A DNA stretch of 64,000 bases, taken from NCBI GenBank assembly GCA_051294375.1, contig CM119267.1:24997783-25061782 (forward strand), in the 5' to 3' direction. The notes under the pieces are model-generated. The model was not told the DNA's origin. It saw only the letters and a program-made list of their open reading frames with translations, and did no database searches. The translations under genes were made by a program, and so were the position numbers. This document shows positions 1 through 11,469 of this stretch, piece after piece (the first letter of the stretch is position 1; every line of letters begins with the position of its first letter). This stretch comes from Paraspadella gotoi. Its lineage: Eukaryota; Animalia; Chaetognatha.

Positions 1-38
1 TTTCCCTTACCAAATTGTCACCCTCCCCTATGCCTCAC

Positions 39-218
39 CCTCTCCTTCTCGTTTCTGGAGACGACGACGGGGGTGAGGAGGAGTTCTTTGCTCGTCTTGA
101 CTTCGACTTCGGGTTTGTTGTGACGCTCAACGATTTGTGACTCGAAGTTTTCGAGGCACATCGCGGCGGTGAGGGTGTGACGGACGGCGTTCAAGTATGG
201 CTTCAGAGTCGCCGCCAT
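39..218 (-). CDS. ARPC4: Arp2/3 complex subunit 4, first coding exon (gene continues beyond the window's left edge)
   Basis: [60 protein letters not shown] is the highly conserved ARPC4 N-terminus. Donor AGG|gtgagg at 38; the exon is 180 nt. Confidence 0.96.
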
Positions 219-549
219 TTTTTTCCTAATTTTATTGCTAATACTTTTGTAGCGTTACACTCCGTTGCGAGTCTGTTTTTTTTTGGGGGGGGGGAAGCGA
301 CTGATAGTTTGTACCTCCAATTGTTTCAATTTTTGCAACTGAGAATATTAAACAAAAAAATTCATTAAATTTTAAAAATTTAACGTTTCTTCGCGACCAA
401 ACTAAAATTTCAGTGATTTAAGGCAACTGTAAATGAAGGAAATAAAAGACAAGAACAAAAAAAAAACATGAATACAGGATGATTAATTCTAGTCAAAGCA
501 AGTAAAGATTTTAGATCATTCGATCTTTTTAATTTCCTTTTTGTTTATT

Positions 550-3500
550 TTACCATCTTTTCTTCGCTTTCCGTCTTCGCTTTCCTTTTATCGGCATTTT
601 ACTTGTTTTAGCCCGTGTAGTTTTCAGGTCTTCTTCTTCGCACACCTTGTCCATCTCTTCCCGATCGTCTCTCTCTCCCGTCTCATCTTCCTCGGCCTGA
701 GAAATTTTTTCATTAGAATCTTTTATCTCATCCATCTTCGGCGTTTTTTCCGTCTCCGTGGTGTTCACGGTTGTTGTTGTTGTTGTTCCATTTTTCAACT
801 CGTTCTCCTGTTCTATCTGAAATATTTCTTTACTACTACTAATTTCGTTTGTTTCCTCTAATTGAAACATCGATTGACCTTCACTCTGCTTTTTTATAAT
901 CACTTCTGTATTTTGTAAAGCACTAATATCTGTTTCTGCATTTCTCACCAGAACATGTTTTGAATCAACTTCCAGATCAATCTCCTGCGTTTTTTCTACC
1001 TCAACCATTTTATTTTTATTGTCTATCTTATGCTTTTCTTGAATAACTTTGGATTCTTTTTCATTTTCTGTTGCTTTTGGTTGAATTTTCCCTTTTTCTT
1101 CAGTCCTCACAGTTGTTTCTATCTGCCGCAACGTTTTGCTAGCCTTCATTTTCTTCGCGTTTTGTCTACTCTGTTCATTTTTTCTTTCACTATTTATCTC
1201 ATCTTCCATTATCTTTTCCACAGAATCCACTCCATAGAGCATCTCACCAACTACACGTTTTACTTTCAAATTCATTCTTTTCCCCTCTTTATTCTCTGTC
1301 ATCATCTCTGTCTTTTCTCCCAGCTTTACTTTATCATTATCACTCTTTGCCCTTGTCTCTTCATTAATCATTGTTTTATTTCTTTTCAAAACCAAGTCTC
1401 GCTTCAACTGGCGTAACTTCAGTTTGACTTTCTCTTTAATACTTATTCTTTTCTCTCTTTCTTGCTTCAACTTCTCCCACTCCTCCACATGCTTTTCCAA
1501 GGCAGAGTAGTCTTTCGGAAGAGGGATAGCGTTGGCCACCACTCGTCCATTGAGTTGGGCGAAGCGGTGAAGGAGAGAAACGCGAATAAGGGCGTGGCGG
1601 AGGGCCTCGTTGGAGGGAGTGATGGAGCCGGTGAAGTAAGAGGCGCGGGGGCATAACGGTCCACCAGTCAAGATTTTACTGGAAACATGGAGGGAATAGA
1701 TGGTCGAATTGAAATCACAATAAATAAACCAAGAACATTTATAATCATCTAAGTCTTTAACTAAGTCTTTAACAGTAACTCAATAATAAACAACAGAATT
1801 AGAATATTCGAGAAAAGATCGTTTTCTCTATGTTGATCAACGGGTTGAATATCATTAATACTACGAACGAACCTATAATTGACGAAAGAAAAGTTTCGCT
1901 TCCACGCCGTCGGTTCGACGTATTGAAGGTCGACGATTTCAACGACGTCCAGATCGAGATTCCAACCGACTGGACGATAGGACAGGATTCTTTTCCCCCT
2001 CCACTCTCGCTCGATCGTTTTGAAGAAATCGCGGACAAAGTTGGGTTCCACAATGTCGATCAATAAGATCGCCGCCAAATCGTCAGTTCGCGTCGTCAAA
2101 AGCGCCGGAGAGTGTGCTTCGCTACGAAAGTGCGTCCAGGTGGAATGGATCGCCAAGTGATCCGACGCCCTGAGGGACACTGCGAATTTCTCGAGACACG
2201 AAGAGTCGGCGACAACGAGGCGTTCGACGTCGTCGACGAGGGTGTGGAGACGGTGGTTGTCATTGCACTCGAAATCCACGAAATTCGGGAGAGAAGATTC
2301 TTGGGATTTGGGAATATTCAAACCGTGAAACTCGGCCAAGTAGCAAGCGGCACCTCTGAAGATTGGCGTCAACATCTCCACTAGCTCTTTTGGCCCCAAC
2401 GTTTCTCTTGAAGCCAACACTTCTAAAATCCGCAAAAAGTCGTCCGTTTCACAAAAACCGCTACCAAAGGCCGTTGTCATCTTGCCCAAGGCTTTCTTTG
2501 CCCTGCTTATGTTTTTAGTCATCTCAGACTCTGCCCTCCCCGCTGTTTTTAACTTTATACTTTCGTCTTCCTTAACTTTTTGGTTCTCTTCTTTTGCCTT
2601 TTTTATTTTTCTCAATCTATTTTTAATTCCGGCGACTCCGCCTTCAGACCTCAGCGGCGCCGCCACCCCGCGCAAACGGCAGAGTCGGCGGACGAGTCCT
2701 TCCATCTTTTCGGGAGTAAATAATCGGCCCATCTCGTCTTCGTCCATGTAATTGTCAGGAAACTCGGGCTTATCTCGGAGGAAAGTTTGTAACTTTTTCG
2801 GTGGCCAATCCCATATCCTGGCCAGAGTTTCCACAGTTCTGAGGATCGTGTCGAGATCCAAAGAGAGAATAACGGGGTCGGTGACGGCGGCGAAGTCGCG
2901 CGGTGATTGAAATTCGCGTTGAAGGTCGTCGACAATGGCGCAAAAGTCGTAGTCGATGCGGAATTCGTGGTAAGTTTTGACGAGACTACCGAAAACGAGG
3001 CGACGGTGGGCGACAGTACGGACGAAACGGACGCGGGCCTCGTCCTCCAGGACGCGCGAGGCCGCAAAAGCGACTCGACGTCTGACTAGTTTGCTGGGAA
3101 TAAGTTCGAGAACTGTTGAGAGTAAAACGACAGATTCGCGTTGCCCGTGACATCTGGCTATCCAGCCTATTTTCTCGGTCAAACCTTTACAACCGGTGGA
3201 AGCGATTTTAGACAAAGCCTTTGCCTCAGATTTGTGGTGGAAGTCAGGACGCTCGTTTAGACAGGAAGATCGGGGTTGGTTAAAGGAAGGTTTACTTAAA
3301 AGTGAATGACCTTGGGTTACCGGGGAAGGAAGGGGAAGGCGCAAAAGAGATGGAATGGGCGCCTTGGGACGAAATGGAATAATCGTGGGACCCTGGATAA
3401 TTTCAGATTTGTAAGGCCCGCATCCTAATGCGGGCGTGAAAAGGGGGTTATTTGGCGGCTGAACCGCAGGTTGATGGGACAAAAGTGGTGGAAGAGGCAG

Positions 3501-6500
3501 TAATGGTCGCACTGCAAATTTTTGAGGACCTTTATAAGACTCGCTATCTTTTTTCTTTGATCGACATTGCTTATTAAATGAAGGGGTGTCTGAAACGCTA
3601 AAGAGCTTTCTCTTATTGGGCTGGGATTGGAAAAGGACACAGTCATTCCTTGCTAGATCATTTTTAACAGATGTGGTGACTGCTTGGTTTCTGTGAAAAG
3701 AATCCCTTCCCTGTTCCGCAGGTAAACAAATACGTTTGTTGTTTCTTGGTGAAACTTTATCTCGATCAGACGATAAAGGAGTGCGTTTGTTGCTTAAAGA
3801 AGGAATAGACTCTCTATGGTGTTCTTTTTGACCATGTAGATATGTAGGGGGGGGATTTTGTATAGATTTCATTTGGTTTTGTTTATTTTTCCAAAGGGCT
3901 GAATCTCTGTTACTCGTAAAATCAGCGACTCGTTCGGATGACGGTTGGGTATGTTTATTGGTTTTAAAACGATGGTTACCTTTCGGTTTTTGATTAAATT
4001 TTTGGTACTTAGTTTTGGATTCATAGGAGGCCTGGTCTTGCCTGTCTAATTGAACGTGCTCTTTTTTGGCCGAAATATTCTTAGGTGTTTGAAAACTATT
4101 TTGGTATTCTTTCTTGAAATCAGAACCTTTTTTGATGAAATAATTGGAATTGTAAGCTTTATTACGAGCCTGAACTTGGGTGTCGTAATCTTCATATTGA
4201 AAATTATTATCAATACCATCATCATCATCATCCCAATAATCGTCATCCTTAACGAAATTGTTTTCTGATTGTGATTGCCCTTTGTCATACCAATCTTTGG
4301 TCAATACCACCCTGCGTTCCCCGTCTCCAATTAGCTGTACTTTGCCATCTCTGTATCTGGTCGATTGAAAGTTGTGGGGTCTCTTTCCAACAAACGGAGC
4401 ATTCCCGTCCCTTTTTTTGTTTACTTGCTTCTTGCGGTCCCTGTCACTGCTCAAGTGAAATTTATCGTCCCTAACTGAATTCGAAAATTTTTCTGGTTCT
4501 CGTCCTTGATCTGTGGTCAATATTTTCTGTTGGTCGCCAAAATCCCTATGCCTCTTGTTCCCTACTTCCAAAGTTCTCACTTTCTCCATATTTCCAAACT
4601 GTTCTCTCTCCGTCTCTCTACCCATGTCCATTTGATTTGTTTGAAAATTAAATCCCTTTTTCATCACTTCCTTTCCACTCCCAAGATACCATCTTTCCTC
4701 CACATCAATTTTCTCCCTATTTCTCTTCCCCATCTCTCTCTCCATTGAACTCGAACTCGAACCTTCAATGGTCCGATATTGCTCCATCGCTCCAGCAAAG
4801 CTATGTCCCACTCTGTCTTTCCTTTTCTCACTCTCTCCTCGGATGGACTCGTTGCTTAACAACCCCCCACGAGTTCGCTCCGCTTCTTTTCTCAACCGCG
4901 AGATGTCTTCGGCTAACCTCGCTGTGGAACTGCGAACGTTTTGAGAAAATTGCGGCGCGGAAATTGGCCAAACGAATGACCCAGAATGCGGCTTCGTTTT
5001 ACAGAAAAACCGATTGTGTCCCGTTTCTCGACAGCAGACGCAGCGAGGAACTCTGTAAGGTTCGACCTCGTGGTCGCTGCAAAGAAGATCGTAACGAAAG
5101 GCGGTGCAACCGGCTGTCACAGTCTCCGCCTCGGATTCGAAAAGCTTCAACTTGGTTCGGACTGTCTTGGAGGCGACGGAGAATTTGGACTCGACGCGGA
5201 GAAAGTCGGAAGTGATGGCGCGCTCGACAAAGTCTTGGTAAGCTTCCATTTCCGCCTCTAGTGGGGATTCCCCGCGGCCCCGCGATACAAGGGCCTCTTC
5301 GACGAAGAGCTGCAGCGTCCAGCCGGAGCGGTGGGACTCGGCGGCGAGGTCCATCTTAGCGACGAGGCCGGCGCGATCGAAGGCGGAGCGGGCGACGTCG
5401 CGGGGAGTCGCGCCCGGTGGGAAAGGGTCCACCTTGAGGGCAGAATTGAGGAAAAATTGAGATTAAATCTTTACAGAAGGCCTCATATTATAAAATGTAG
5501 TACCCCTTTTTTGTGACCAGAATCTGTTCCCACCAAACTACCCAATCGATTTTAATGAAATTTTATATTTAGAGTGCTAATGACTATATAAATGGAACTA
5601 TCGAGGCGAATTTTGATATTCAACCCCTGACAAGGGAAACAGGGCCCTGGGGGTGGACCCCTGTGGGGCCAAAAAATGCTAAAATTTTTTTTTTTTTTTT
5701 TCAAATTTTTTTAGTAGCATCAGGTACATTGACGTTTTAAACATAAGAAAAAAACATTTTAGAACTAAAATTGATAAATTTGCAATAATTATGCATGGTT
5801 GAAGATGCATGGTTCATCGTTTTACTTCCAATTTTCCCAAATTATTCCAAATATGATTTTAACTGCTGATGTTCATGAAGCTAAAAATTAAGAAAAATGA
5901 ATATTTTTGAGGTAATAAATATGTTTTTGTGGAAGAGTAAACGTCTGTGCAACTGTTTAAAACAAAAATAATAAAAAAATTTGAAAACAATTTTTGACCA
6001 TTTGTGGCCCTCAGGGGCTGCCCCCTCAGGGCCCCTTATCTCAGCTTAGGGGTGGAATGTAAAAATTAGCCTCGATAGTTCCATTTGTATCACTACTGGT
6101 ACTTCACATGCAAAATTTAATTAAATTCTATTCAGTAGTTTTCTCGGAATGTGTTCTGGTCACAAAAAAGGGGTACCACATTTTATAATATGAAGCCTTC
6201 TGTATTTAAATAACAAGAGTCGAACGACTAAAGGATAAAGTAGATGCCAATTTTTTCAAGTATATTCATGTTAGAATTTAAAAAAAATCTATTTATTAAC
6301 ATAAAACCGAAAATTTATTAATAATCTATATTCTATAAAATCTCTTGCCCACCCATCTCCAACTAATCTCCCGCCCACCCCTAACCCATCTCTCCCTCTG
6401 CCTCCTCCATACCTTGATCCAAAAGAGAACGTCAGCGAATCTGTGATCGATGGGACGAGGAAGAAGGCGAGGTTCTGTTCCGACCGTGGGAGGAGAGAGG

Positions 6501-6640
6501 AGATTCTCCGTCGACCTGAGTGGAGGATGAAGGGCGACTGGGAGACGATCCCCGTCTTTCTCTTCCTCCTCGTCGCCCGACGAATCGCTGGCGTTGAACC
6601 GGAGTCGGCGGAAGTCGACGTCGGAACGGTGGCGCGCCAT
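550..6640 (-). CDS. Paralogue 1: dsRBD-like + CCHC knuckle + disordered region + MUT-7/EXD3-like pseudo-exonuclease + charged tail (~1638 aa)
   Basis: Exons 6640-6413, 5432-1873 and 1678-550 join in frame through GT-AG introns (4917 nt). Motifs CVCCRETGHNRFFC, HLAIHSTW, IVDLQ and LTGGPLCPR...LRHALIR. Clear homology to paralogues 2 and 3. Domain names are by-eye inference. Confidence 0.85.
5474..6202. mobile_element. Tc1/mariner-type MITE in intron 1 of paralogue 1
   Basis: Long imperfect TIRs starting CAGAAGGC(C/T)TCATATTATAAAATGT, with TA on both flanks. Confidence 0.85.
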
Positions 6641-7076
6641 CCCCGCCCGGTTGTTTATTGTCTATTATTTATCTGACTGCTTTTATATAAACAAACAAGT
6701 GAAGATTCAGTCCTGTGCAAAAAAAACAACAAAAAAAACGCGCCACTTTATAACTTAAAATTCTACAGTGTGTCCCAATGGTACTGTCTGTTAAAAAAAG
6801 CTTACTGCTCCTATACCAGAACAAAAAACTTTAATTCATTTTAATGAATATGCGCATAAGTATGGACCATTTTATAGGATACCTAAATTTTTAAACTTGA
6901 ACAAAGAAAACTCCTGTAGTTATTACATAAAGCAATTGGTAAAAAGATTATTCAGAGATTAAAAAAAAAATTTAATTATTTATTTTTTTAATATTTATTA
7001 AATATTTTTTTGTAAGAAACTATCGCATATTTTTAGCTCTAGAGCTTTTATAATGCAGTAAACATTTTTTTAATAC

Positions 7077-8272
7077 TATGGTGGACTAAAATCCTCCAAC
7101 CGCTCATCAGCGGCCATTGGTGCCGGAGGCAAGTCATTCGCCTCCCAACCCAAAGGTCCGGGGTTCTAGCCCGGTGGCCGCCTAGCAGTTAACAGGGACG
7201 GGGCGCTTAACCCGCCGGTAACACGGTGATACAGCCTGATCCGAAGCTCAGGGACTGCTTATTAAGGCGTAGTAAAATTTCTAAATTTAACTTTAATTAA
7301 AATTCTAAAAGTGAGGAACGAACAACATTATATTAATAAACATTTATGTAATAAAAAAATTTATAATAAATTTTACAATTTACGCAGTAGGCCATATTTA
7401 TACTAGTACTAAACCAATAAATGTTAAAATTTCAAAACAGTTTTTTTTTAAATTTTTTTGCAGATAACTCTTTTTGAAAAATTCCTTCATTAAGTGGGTC
7501 AAAAATTAGAAAAAGCTATATTTTAAGCTAAAAATTTACTTTTTATATATTAAATATAGTTTTTTTAAATCACTTAATGAAAGAATTTTTAAAAATGATT
7601 TTTATTTTCTTTTATCAACTTTTGATGAGGAATTCAAATCTCCAATCAAAATTAAGAAAAGCCTATTTTTAAATTTTTTTAATTTTATTAGGATAGTACT
7701 ATATATAAATATAGCTTACTGCGAAAATTAAAAAACATAAAATTATTTTTTTTTATAAATTAATGTTCACTGAAGGTATGTTGTTCATAATTGACTTTTA
7801 GAATTTTCGTGTGTAACTTTCACTACGCCTTACTGCTTATATTGAACGGTTCTGTCACTAACTCATAACAATAATTACTGTCTCTTCATTGGTGAGCCCG
7901 ACTTCCGAACACAACAGCAACACTTTCAGGCGACATGCCTCAACCTGGCATGCACTTTCCACCAACAACACTTCAGGCGACATGCCTCAACTTGGTGACA
8001 CAATTTCCACCAACAACAATTCACTGAAGAGACGCAACAGACTTCTCCCTACGAGAGGGGGGGATGTATGGTGAACTAAAATCCACCAACCGTTCATCAT
8101 TCGCCTCCCAACCCAAAGGTCCAGGGTTCTAGCCCGGTGGCCGCCTAGCAGTTAGAGGGATGGGGCGCTTAACCCGCCTGTAACACGGTGTTACAGCCTG
8201 ATCCGAAGCTCAGGGACTGCTTATATTGAACGGTTCTGTCACTAACTCATAACAATAATTACTCTCTCTTCA
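7077..8272 (+). mobile_element. TRIM family A (non-autonomous miniature LTR element)
   Basis: 5' LTR 7077-7888 (interrupted by a MITE), 3' LTR 8067-8272. PBS-like TGGTGAGCCC at 7890; PPT GAGAGGGGGGGATG before 8067. The 178-bp interior has no recognisable coding sequence. Flanks ATAC/TTAC. Confidence 0.85.
7263..7832. mobile_element. hAT-type MITE inserted in the 5' LTR of TRIM A
   Basis: TIR TAAGGCGTAGT; perfect 8-bp TSD CTGCTTAT (7255-7262 and 7833-7840). The empty site is visible in the 3' LTR and the solo LTR. Confidence 0.9.
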
Positions 8273-9567
8273 TTACTATCTACTTGCCTTGTTCATATTA
8301 ATTTTTCAATTAATTTAATAATAATTTATTGATTAAATAGCATCCATTTTGTTCTGGCTTAATGATTCAATCGCTCACAACTTCAAATAATAAAATTTAA
8401 ATATCAAATTAATTAGCATATTTTTATCATTTTTTGTATTTTTTTAAAAATTTGTTATTTTTTTATTAATTTTTATACAAATTAAAATTTAAATAATTTA
8501 TATTTATTTAAAATAATTTTTTACATAATTTTTAGTCGAATCAGCTTTCACTTTAATTCACTATATTTCACTTTGTCGGTCACTATAATTCGCTACTATT
8601 CACTATAATTCACTTTGTCGGTCCGTCAGTCCATAAATCGGCCCCCTCAATCTTGTCGGGAATTCTCATATATCATGTCAGAACATCGAATTATGATAAA
8701 TTATGCAAAAAAAAAAAAACGATGTCCGTCTATCTGTCCGTCCGTCCCACCTTAGCAAAAAACGCTAATTACTCAAATTAACTTATTTATTAATTAATTT
8801 GATCATGCTAGTGGAATTACTCGTGATTGGATGGATGGATTGGAATGAAATTTTGTGTGTGGGAAGGGAAGTGTGTGATTGAGCTAGATATGAAGTTTCG
8901 ATGGAATCGTGCGAGTGGAAATGAGTTTAAATGGAAAAAACAAAAAACCTGTTTCACTAATTGATTATGTTTTTTTTTCTTTTTATATTAAATGTAAATG
9001 CAAGATATATTAATTAATCAAATAATTAATCAGTCAATTAATCAATAATTAATTAATCAGTCAATTAATCAATTAATTATGAAATCAATTAATTATTCAT
9101 CTATTAATTAATTATTCATTCAATCAATTTATTTATCAATCAATTATTTATTTAATCAATAAATCAAGTCAATCGTTATCGGCATTATTGTCGTCGTCGC
9201 CATCATCGTCGTTGCTTTTGTCGTTGAAAGTGACGAAAAGACCTAAAAACAAACATTTCGGATCAAATTAACTTATTTATTAATTAATTTGATCGTGCTA
9301 GTGGAAATGAGTTTAAATGGAAAAAACAAAAATCATATTTACTTGAAGCATTTTTACTTATATTTACTCATAATTATTATATTGATTAAAAATTGGATAG
9401 ATAAATTGAAATGAAATTTTGTTTGTGGGTAGGAAACTATGAGATTAAGCTGGATAAAGTTTTTGATGGAATCGAAGGAGTGGAAAAGTTTAAAACAGAA
9501 AACCAAAAGACACATTTATGTCAAAAGTTTCTATCTCTCTCTGATTGATTGAATAAATGATTGATTG

Positions 9568-9915
9568 ATTGACCCAATTATGCCAATTGACCAAATTTTG
9601 CAGTTGCGCATATTATGTCAGTTGACCAAATTATGCCAGCTGACCAAATTACGACAATTGACCAAATTATTCAAGTTGATCAAATTATGCAAGTTGATCG
9701 AATTATGCTGGTTACCAAATTACGCCACTTGACCTTATTATGCCAGTTGATAAAATTGTGCCAGTTGACCAAATTGTACCAGTTGACCATATTATACCAA
9801 TTGACCAAATTATGCCTGTTGACCAAATTATGCCAGATGACCAAATTATGTCAATTGACCAAATTATATCAGATGACCAAATTATGTCAATTGACCAAAT
9901 TATGCCAGTTGATTT
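9568..9915. repeat. 18-bp minisatellite (TTGACCAAATTATGCCAG)n
   Basis: About 19 degenerate units; two more units resume after TRIM B (10574-10612). Confidence 0.9.
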
Positions 9916-9926
9916 AATTATACAAC

Positions 9927-10569
9927 TGTAGTGGTAGTATTTCATACCCCGCTACTCGTCCGAGAATCAGCAGCACCTATGGCGCCGGAGGTAGCACGAG
10001 CTCCTCCCAACCCAAAGGACTCGGGTTCGCGCCCTGCTGATTCACACAAGTAAAAGCGGGACGGGGGGTCTAACCCACCTGTAGTAACAGACTACAGCCC
10101 GATCCAAAGTTTGGAACCTTGTGTGCAAGGACGGTGAACTGCTCACAGCATCGTCTTCCACATTGGTGAGCTCACACGAACACGCTGGCACGTTAATACA
10201 CCTCTGCCCGGGCATGTTAATACACCTCTGCCCTCGATCATTGTGTGTGAAGACGGGAGCAGGAAAAGGCAGCCCCTCCTAGAGTGCTCGGGCACAACGC
10301 GTGCATCATAGCCATCTCACTTGCGCGGGTGTGTGATGCCTAGGGGGGGGATGTGTAGCGGTAGTATTTCAAACCGCTACTCGTCTGAGAATCAGCAGCA
10401 CCAATGGAGCCGGAGGTAGGACGAGCTCCTCCCAACCCAAAGGACTCGGGTTCGCGCCCTGCTGATTCACACAAGTAAAAGCGGGACAGGGCGTCTAACA
10501 CCAGCCTGTTCCGAAGTTCGGGACCTTGTGTGCAACGGACGGTGACTGCTCGCGGCATCGTCTTCCACA
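9927..10569 (+). mobile_element. TRIM family B
   Basis: LTRs 9927-10162 and 10354-10569 (TGT...ACA). PBS-like TGGTGAGC at 10164; PPT TAGGGGGGGGATG. Flanks CAAC/CAAG. Confidence 0.88.
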
Positions 10570-11469
10570 CAAGTTGATTAAATTATGAAAGTTGACCAAA
10601 TTATGCAAGTTGGGTTTGCATAGCTACTGGTAATGATGATAGATCAATTGATGATTAGATTTTTTCATAGATTTATTTAGAAGTCTGTTATAATTTGTTA
10701 TAATCAAAATTGAGAGTCAGAAAAATTACCAAGATTTATCATTGGATTAGCTTATTACTGCTTAATTATCGGTAGCAGATCCGACATTGTTTGCTCAAAC
10801 TTGTTTTAATAAAATTGATTTTAAAATAAAAAAAATATTTGAAATTTAAAAAAGTGAGAAATGAGGATTCATTTAAATTGAATGTTTTGCACAGAAAAAT
10901 TTCTAAAAATTGAATTAGAAATGATGAGCGGGGTTTTCCGTCAGTTGCTCACCCTTCTGAGAGTATCTATATCGTAGGATTTAATGAGTCTTTAGAGATT
11001 AAGAACTGGAGGTAAGCAAAAGGCAAGCATCGGTTAAGGAAAGTAACAACAATGACCTCTCAGGTAAGTTCGGTTTAGCCACTATTCAAATAGCATAGAA
11101 CAGTAATAATAAACTCCAAACATATAAACCAATAACTATATATATATAAAAACCCCGACGATGGCCAACATTAATGCGATCTGTATGAAATAGAATCATG
11201 ATTAATCAGAGCAATGAAATAACAATGAACTGTATTTTTTGTAAACAAATATTGATTGTTTATATTTTTAAACAGTTTTACAAAAGGCGAATAAGAACGA
11301 CGGATTACGACGAGAGTTTATGTCCAACAGATATATAGTAAGAACTTATCTTTGACATTGTTATCTCAGAAGTTAAATTTAATAACATAGTTCAGCTTGA
11401 TATGTAAAAGTTAACAGACAGTACCATTGGGACGCACTGTAAACACTCTATAAAGACATTTTTAAAAAT

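Larger units (their letters stand above)
8532..10806 (+). mobile_element. DINE-1/HINE-like (Helentron-associated) repeat, expanded by a satellite and TRIM B
   Basis: Degenerate 5' end, conserved core with (GTCY)n, and 3' subTIR GCAGATCCGAC + TTTG-CT-CAAA stem + TTT. Same family as 27167-27914. Confidence 0.65.
6766..11439. mobile_element. Tc1/mariner-like non-autonomous element with nested insertions
   Basis: 29-bp TIRs CAGTG(T/C)GTCCCAATGGTACTGTCTGTTAA, with TA flanks on both sides. Confidence 0.8.

Noticed and set aside
1761-5432. Long zinc-knuckle ORFs as retrotransposon Gag/ORF1
   Set aside because: They are spliced multi-exon genes with an intron position shared between paralogues, and there are no RT, integrase, LTR or TSD features.
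541-5516. Numerous plus-strand ORFs opposite the long exons (also at 18-19.7 kb, 30-33.8 kb, 37.5-38.3 kb and 50 kb)
   Set aside because: Antisense shadows of real minus-strand coding exons.
7110-7181. Functional tRNA gene, or HDV/twister ribozyme, in LTR A
   Set aside because: The anticodon and D stems do not pair canonically and there is no T-run terminator; HDV and twister topologies could not be fitted. Kept only as a tRNA-derived head.
9568-9915. CRISPR-like appearance of this and the 62095-62425 repeat
   Set aside because: No unique spacers and no cas genes; eukaryotic context.
9615-9945. Repetitive ORFs (VDQIMP / LTKLCQ / STGIIW repeats)
   Set aside because: These are translations of an 18-bp minisatellite that is open in several frames and lies inside a repeat element; there is no splice or codon evidence.
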